Both the position numbers and the translations under genes were made by a program. Source: a virus (lineage: Duplodnaviria; Heunggongvirae; Uroviricota; Caudoviricetes). Taken from it: a stretch of 8,583 bases of DNA. This document shows positions 6,353-8,583 of this stretch, piece by piece. The notes beneath the pieces were generated by a model. The model was not told the DNA's origin. It saw nothing but the letters and a program-made list of their open reading frames with translations, and made no database searches. The DNA is taken from IMG/VR virus record IMGVR_UViG_2541047170_000019. One strand, given 5' to 3'. Numbering within the stretch: the stretch's first letter is position 1; the number at the start of each line of letters is the position of its first letter.

Positions 6353-6436
6353 TTATCCCCAGCGGCAAATCGAATACACAACCAGCGCCACCGCCATCGC
6401 AATTCCTACCGTTGTGAATGCTTCAGGCCAGGTCAT
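6353..6436 (-). CDS. small hydrophobic peptide (27 aa, single predicted transmembrane helix), translationally coupled to the DUF551 gene
   Basis: Absent from the ORF track because of its size. ATG 6436..6434 overlaps the upstream TGA (6435..6433) as ATGA, with AGGAGGT (plus 6443-6449) 6 nt upstream. Translation: MTWPEAFTTVGIAMAVALVVYSICRWG, stop TAA 6355..6353. Confidence 0.45.
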   Translation of the reverse strand: MTWPEAFTTVGIAMAVALVVYSICRWG

Positions 6437-6990
6437 TGATTCACCTCCTGCGGCGGTTCTGGTAGCGACATCCAGTGGGTTGCTTGCCTAAGATCATTAC
6501 CCGGACTAACTGCTATACCTCCGCGCCGGAACGTGCCTCCGAGATAGCGTGCGGAATATATTAATGGCCCAGCCTCGCTATCGATATTCATCGAAATAAG
6601 CACGTTCTGGCTCTTTTCAGGCATTCGCTCAGTACAGCTTATCCAGCCATCCAGAGTTATCGGAGATCTGGTTGACGTTTCCGAGATTTCCCGAAAATTG
6701 TTGGTTGACGAATTCTTATTTTCCCGAAAGTTTCCGGCCTGAAGCATGGCGACGCGGCAGGCGTTCCAGCCATCAGCATATGTTTTAGTTACACCGTCGA
6801 GATGGCAGGTAAGCAAATCCATTTCATCAGGCACTACCATTGCTATCGGCTCTGCTTCCAGTGATGCCAGCGCGATACGAAACACATTAGCCAGCAGGCT
6901 GTCTGAAGACTTGTTATCGTGCGCCGAGTCGCTCAGGAAGCCTGTGATGTATGATTTAATCTCCGCGCGTTCTCTGGTAATAGTGCTCAT
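6433..6990 (-). CDS. DUF551-domain protein (lambdoid prophage early/nin region)
   Basis: 185-aa ORF. The C-terminal segment DGWISCTERMPE...VLISMN...THWMSLPEPP matches the W...LP...hWMPLPepP signature I recall for DUF551. AAGGA Shine-Dalgarno about 9 nt upstream of the ATG at 6990. Confidence 0.7.
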   Translation of the reverse strand: MSTITRERAEIKSYITGFLSDSAHDNKSSDSLLANVFRIALASLEAEPIAMVVPDEMDLLTCHLDGVTKTYADGWNACRVAMLQAGNFRENKNSSTNNFREISETSTRSPITLDGWISCTERMPEKSQNVLISMNIDSEAGPLIYSARYLGGTFRRGGIAVSPGNDLRQATHWMSLPEPPQEVNQ

Positions 6991-6991
6991 A

Positions 6992-7210
6992 TCAGTTTTC
7001 CTTATACGGATTAATTTTATTGTGCAGTGCGCTGAATGATTCCCATGTCACATCGGTATATAGCTCAATAACTGGTTCAAATGTCCTTCCAATTATCCAG
7101 ACCAGTAATAGCGGGGATATCGGTATCATCAACACTATAAACAGAATGAAAAACAGAAACTCTGTTGTTCTGCTCTTTCGTGGGTAATTTTTTTCTAAAT
7201 AATGTTTCAT
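6992..7210 (-). CDS. small membrane protein (hypothetical, 72 aa)
   Basis: ORF with a hydrophobic core (FLFFILFIVLMIPISPLLLVWIIG); its stop lies 1 nt from the DUF551 gene start; ATG at 7210..7208. Confidence 0.5.
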   Translation of the reverse strand: MKHYLEKNYPRKSRTTEFLFFILFIVLMIPISPLLLVWIIGRTFEPVIELYTDVTWESFSALHNKINPYKEN

Positions 7211-7216
7211 TTCTTA

Positions 7217-7232
7217 CCGCCCTTTCGGGCGG
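7217..7232 (-). other. GC-rich hairpin CCGCCC-TTTC-GGGCGG between an AGGAGG motif and the start codon of the 72-aa gene
   Basis: Perfect 6-bp GC stem with a 4-nt loop. On the minus strand the order is AGGAGG (7238..7233), hairpin, TAAGAA, ATG (7210). No U-tract follows on either strand, so it is not a canonical terminator. Confidence 0.3.
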
Positions 7233-7337
7233 CCTCCTGATGTTCTGAGGGTGCAGGAATCCCTCCGGTTAAGGATTTAATAAAAATCGTTTCTGATTTA
7301 AATCTTCAGTATTTAGTTGTTAGTTGGTTTATCGCCT

Positions 7338-7649
7338 TTATGCTTCAGCCTTATTTCGCAACCAGACACAAACCGGGCCATCTTCCGTATCATGAATGGA
7401 ACCAATAAACCAGCCATCGCCCTCTGGTCGTTCCGGTTCCCATGCAGAAATATCAGCATCACACGCATCAAGGTCAGCACATCCTTCATCTCTGAAGCAG
7501 AGGACGTATTGAAGATTATTTTCCTCCATCCAGGCGTTAAACTCTTCCGTTGAAATATATTCCCGACCATCACAGAATTTTTCATATTCAGGATGTGTCC
7601 AGTAGCCATATCCGTCACGAACTACCGGCATTTCTTTAATTTCACTCAC
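7338..7649 (-). CDS. highly acidic small protein (hypothetical, 103 aa)
   Basis: GTG start 7649..7647 with AGGAGG 7 nt upstream, overlapping the upstream gene stop by 8 nt. About 25 Asp/Glu against 8 Lys/Arg, with 5 Cys. Preferred over the overlapping same-strand ORF 7313..7618, which lacks such signals. Confidence 0.6.
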   Translation of the reverse strand: MSEIKEMPVVRDGYGYWTHPEYEKFCDGREYISTEEFNAWMEENNLQYVLCFRDEGCADLDACDADISAWEPERPEGDGWFIGSIHDTEDGPVCVWLRNKAEA

Positions 7650-7869
7650 TGTTAACCTCCTGCAACGCTACACGATACGCCTTCTTTATCCACGCCTTAC
7701 TGCCATATAATTTCGTCTTCATAATAAACACACCTGCACGACTCGCCGATATCCCCGGACAGGTTAACAGCACAGCATCCACCACACGGTTATGCTTCCG
7801 AAACTCCATTACAGTACTGCTGATAACCACCTGCCCCACCGGGCCGTAATCCTGATACAGGATTTTCAC
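7642..7869 (-). CDS. hypothetical protein (75 aa)
   Basis: GTG start 7869..7867 with AGGAGGGTG about 8 nt upstream, overlapping the upstream TGA (7868..7866) as GTGA. Confidence 0.5.
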   Translation of the reverse strand: MKILYQDYGPVGQVVISSTVMEFRKHNRVVDAVLLTCPGISASRAGVFIMKTKLYGSKAWIKKAYRVALQEVNSE

Positions 7870-8147
7870 GCAGACACCCTCCTGTCGAAATAAACGTAGT
7901 TATTCACTATGCGCAGCGGCATGCCTAATTTTCTGGCAATTTCCCTTCTTTGCATGCCTCTCTGATGCAGTTGCCGCGCCAGCTCAATATCACGCTGAGA
8001 ATATTTTGCCGACGGGTGAAAATCACCACGTAACATCATGCTGATGCCCAGCTCCCGTGCCTTCGTTCTCACTGCCGCTTCAGTTCGTCCGATAAGTGCG
8101 CCAACGCTTTTTACCTTCATCGTTCCCGCACACTGCCGGAGTATCAT
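7866..8147 (-). CDS. putative helix-turn-helix DNA-binding protein
   Basis: Preferred start is ATG 8147..8145 (94 aa), 32 nt downstream of the upstream stop; an alternative ATG lies at 8120, and the track's longer start at 8270 is a GTG that would overlap the upstream gene by about 90 nt. Two HTH-like segments: GALIGRTEAAVRTKAREL and QRREIARKLGMPLRIVNNY. Confidence 0.55.
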   Translation of the reverse strand: MILRQCAGTMKVKSVGALIGRTEAAVRTKARELGISMMLRGDFHPSAKYSQRDIELARQLHQRGMQRREIARKLGMPLRIVNNYVYFDRRVSA

Positions 8148-8179
8148 GATTTCCGCCCGGCACCACGTCTTCCACCCAC

Positions 8180-8583
8180 TCACCGCTGCTGTTCTCTGGT
8201 GGCGGTAATATCCCGGAGAATATCCCGGCACTTGTTCAGCTCCCGCAGCGCGGCGCAGACTCGCTCCCACTTCTGAACCTGACCTTTTGCCCGGCGCAGC
8301 TCGCGGTTAGCCACATGCAGCGATGGTAAAATCAGACCATCCGGATGCTTTCTGGTGAACGACGGCTGTGACTGCACTGTGACCGCCACACTTTCCGTTT
8401 TTATTTCTTCCTGTGTTTCCGCTTCCCCGACTGGTAACGCAACACCTGCTGGCTGAGGAAAGGCTTTACCATCCGTTTCCGTTATGGATGCGGCTTTCGG
8501 CTCTGCCGGTAAATCAGCGCCCGGTATGCAGTACCGAAATTTACCGCCCTGATTCACGCGAATCAGACGCCCTTTGCTGATTG
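8180..8583 (-). CDS. hypothetical protein, 5'-truncated at the window edge
   Basis: The reading frame stays open from 8557 to the end of the window at 8583 with no in-frame stop, and the track's first Met is a GTG, so the true start is probably beyond the window. No motif recognised. Confidence 0.5.
   Translation of the reverse strand, partial: ISKGRLIRVNQGGKFRYCIPGADLPAEPKAASITETDGKAFPQPAGVALPVGEAETQEEIKTESVAVTVQSQPSFTRKHPDGLILPSLHVANRELRRAKGQVQKWERVCAALRELNKCRDILRDITATREQQR

Noticed and set aside
6746-7039. Plus-strand 97-aa ORF antisense to the DUF551 gene
   Set aside because: Antisense to a gene with a recognisable C-terminal domain signature; no ribosome-binding site.
7313-7618. Minus-strand ORF 7313..7618 and plus-strand ORF 7317..7553, alternatives to the acidic protein gene
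   Set aside because: The 7338..7649 frame has an AGGAGG ribosome-binding site, a coupled GTG start and a globular-looking composition; the alternatives lack start signals.
7866-8270. Long 134-aa version of the HTH gene starting at 8270
   Set aside because: That start is a GTG, would overlap the upstream gene by about 90 nt, and gives an Arg/Ala-rich N-terminus typical of an out-of-context read; the internal ATG at 8147 is preferred.
1-8583. CRISPR arrays, tRNA/rRNA genes, integrase or transposase genes
   Set aside because: No regularly spaced direct repeats, no tRNA-like cloverleaf candidates and no ORF with recombinase or transposase motifs were seen on either strand.

Overview
This window reads as a lambdoid (lambda-like) enterobacterial prophage segment spanning the early/nin region up to the Q late-regulation junction, with all backbone genes on the minus strand. 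From right to left: a 5'-truncated gene, an HTH protein, two small coupled genes, a small membrane protein, a DUF551-like protein and a 27-aa hydrophobic peptide; then, left of the island, a DUF1367-like protein, a YbcO-like protein, a Q-like antiterminator, an intrinsic terminator and a small downstream ORF. These genes are chained by overlapping stop/start codons. The backbone is interrupted by a visibly AT-rich cargo island of about 4.1 kb (roughly 2160-6260) with no integrase or transposase. The island carries a plus-strand two-gene operon, a 463-aa GHKL (Bergerat-fold) ATPase and a translationally coupled 330-aa protein of unknown fold, convergent with a 383-aa C5-cytosine DNA methyltransferase. 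I read this island as a candidate restriction-modification-like or defence module that I cannot assign to a named system. All calls rest on reading the sequence and remembered family motifs; no database search or computation was run, and GC values are by-eye estimates.
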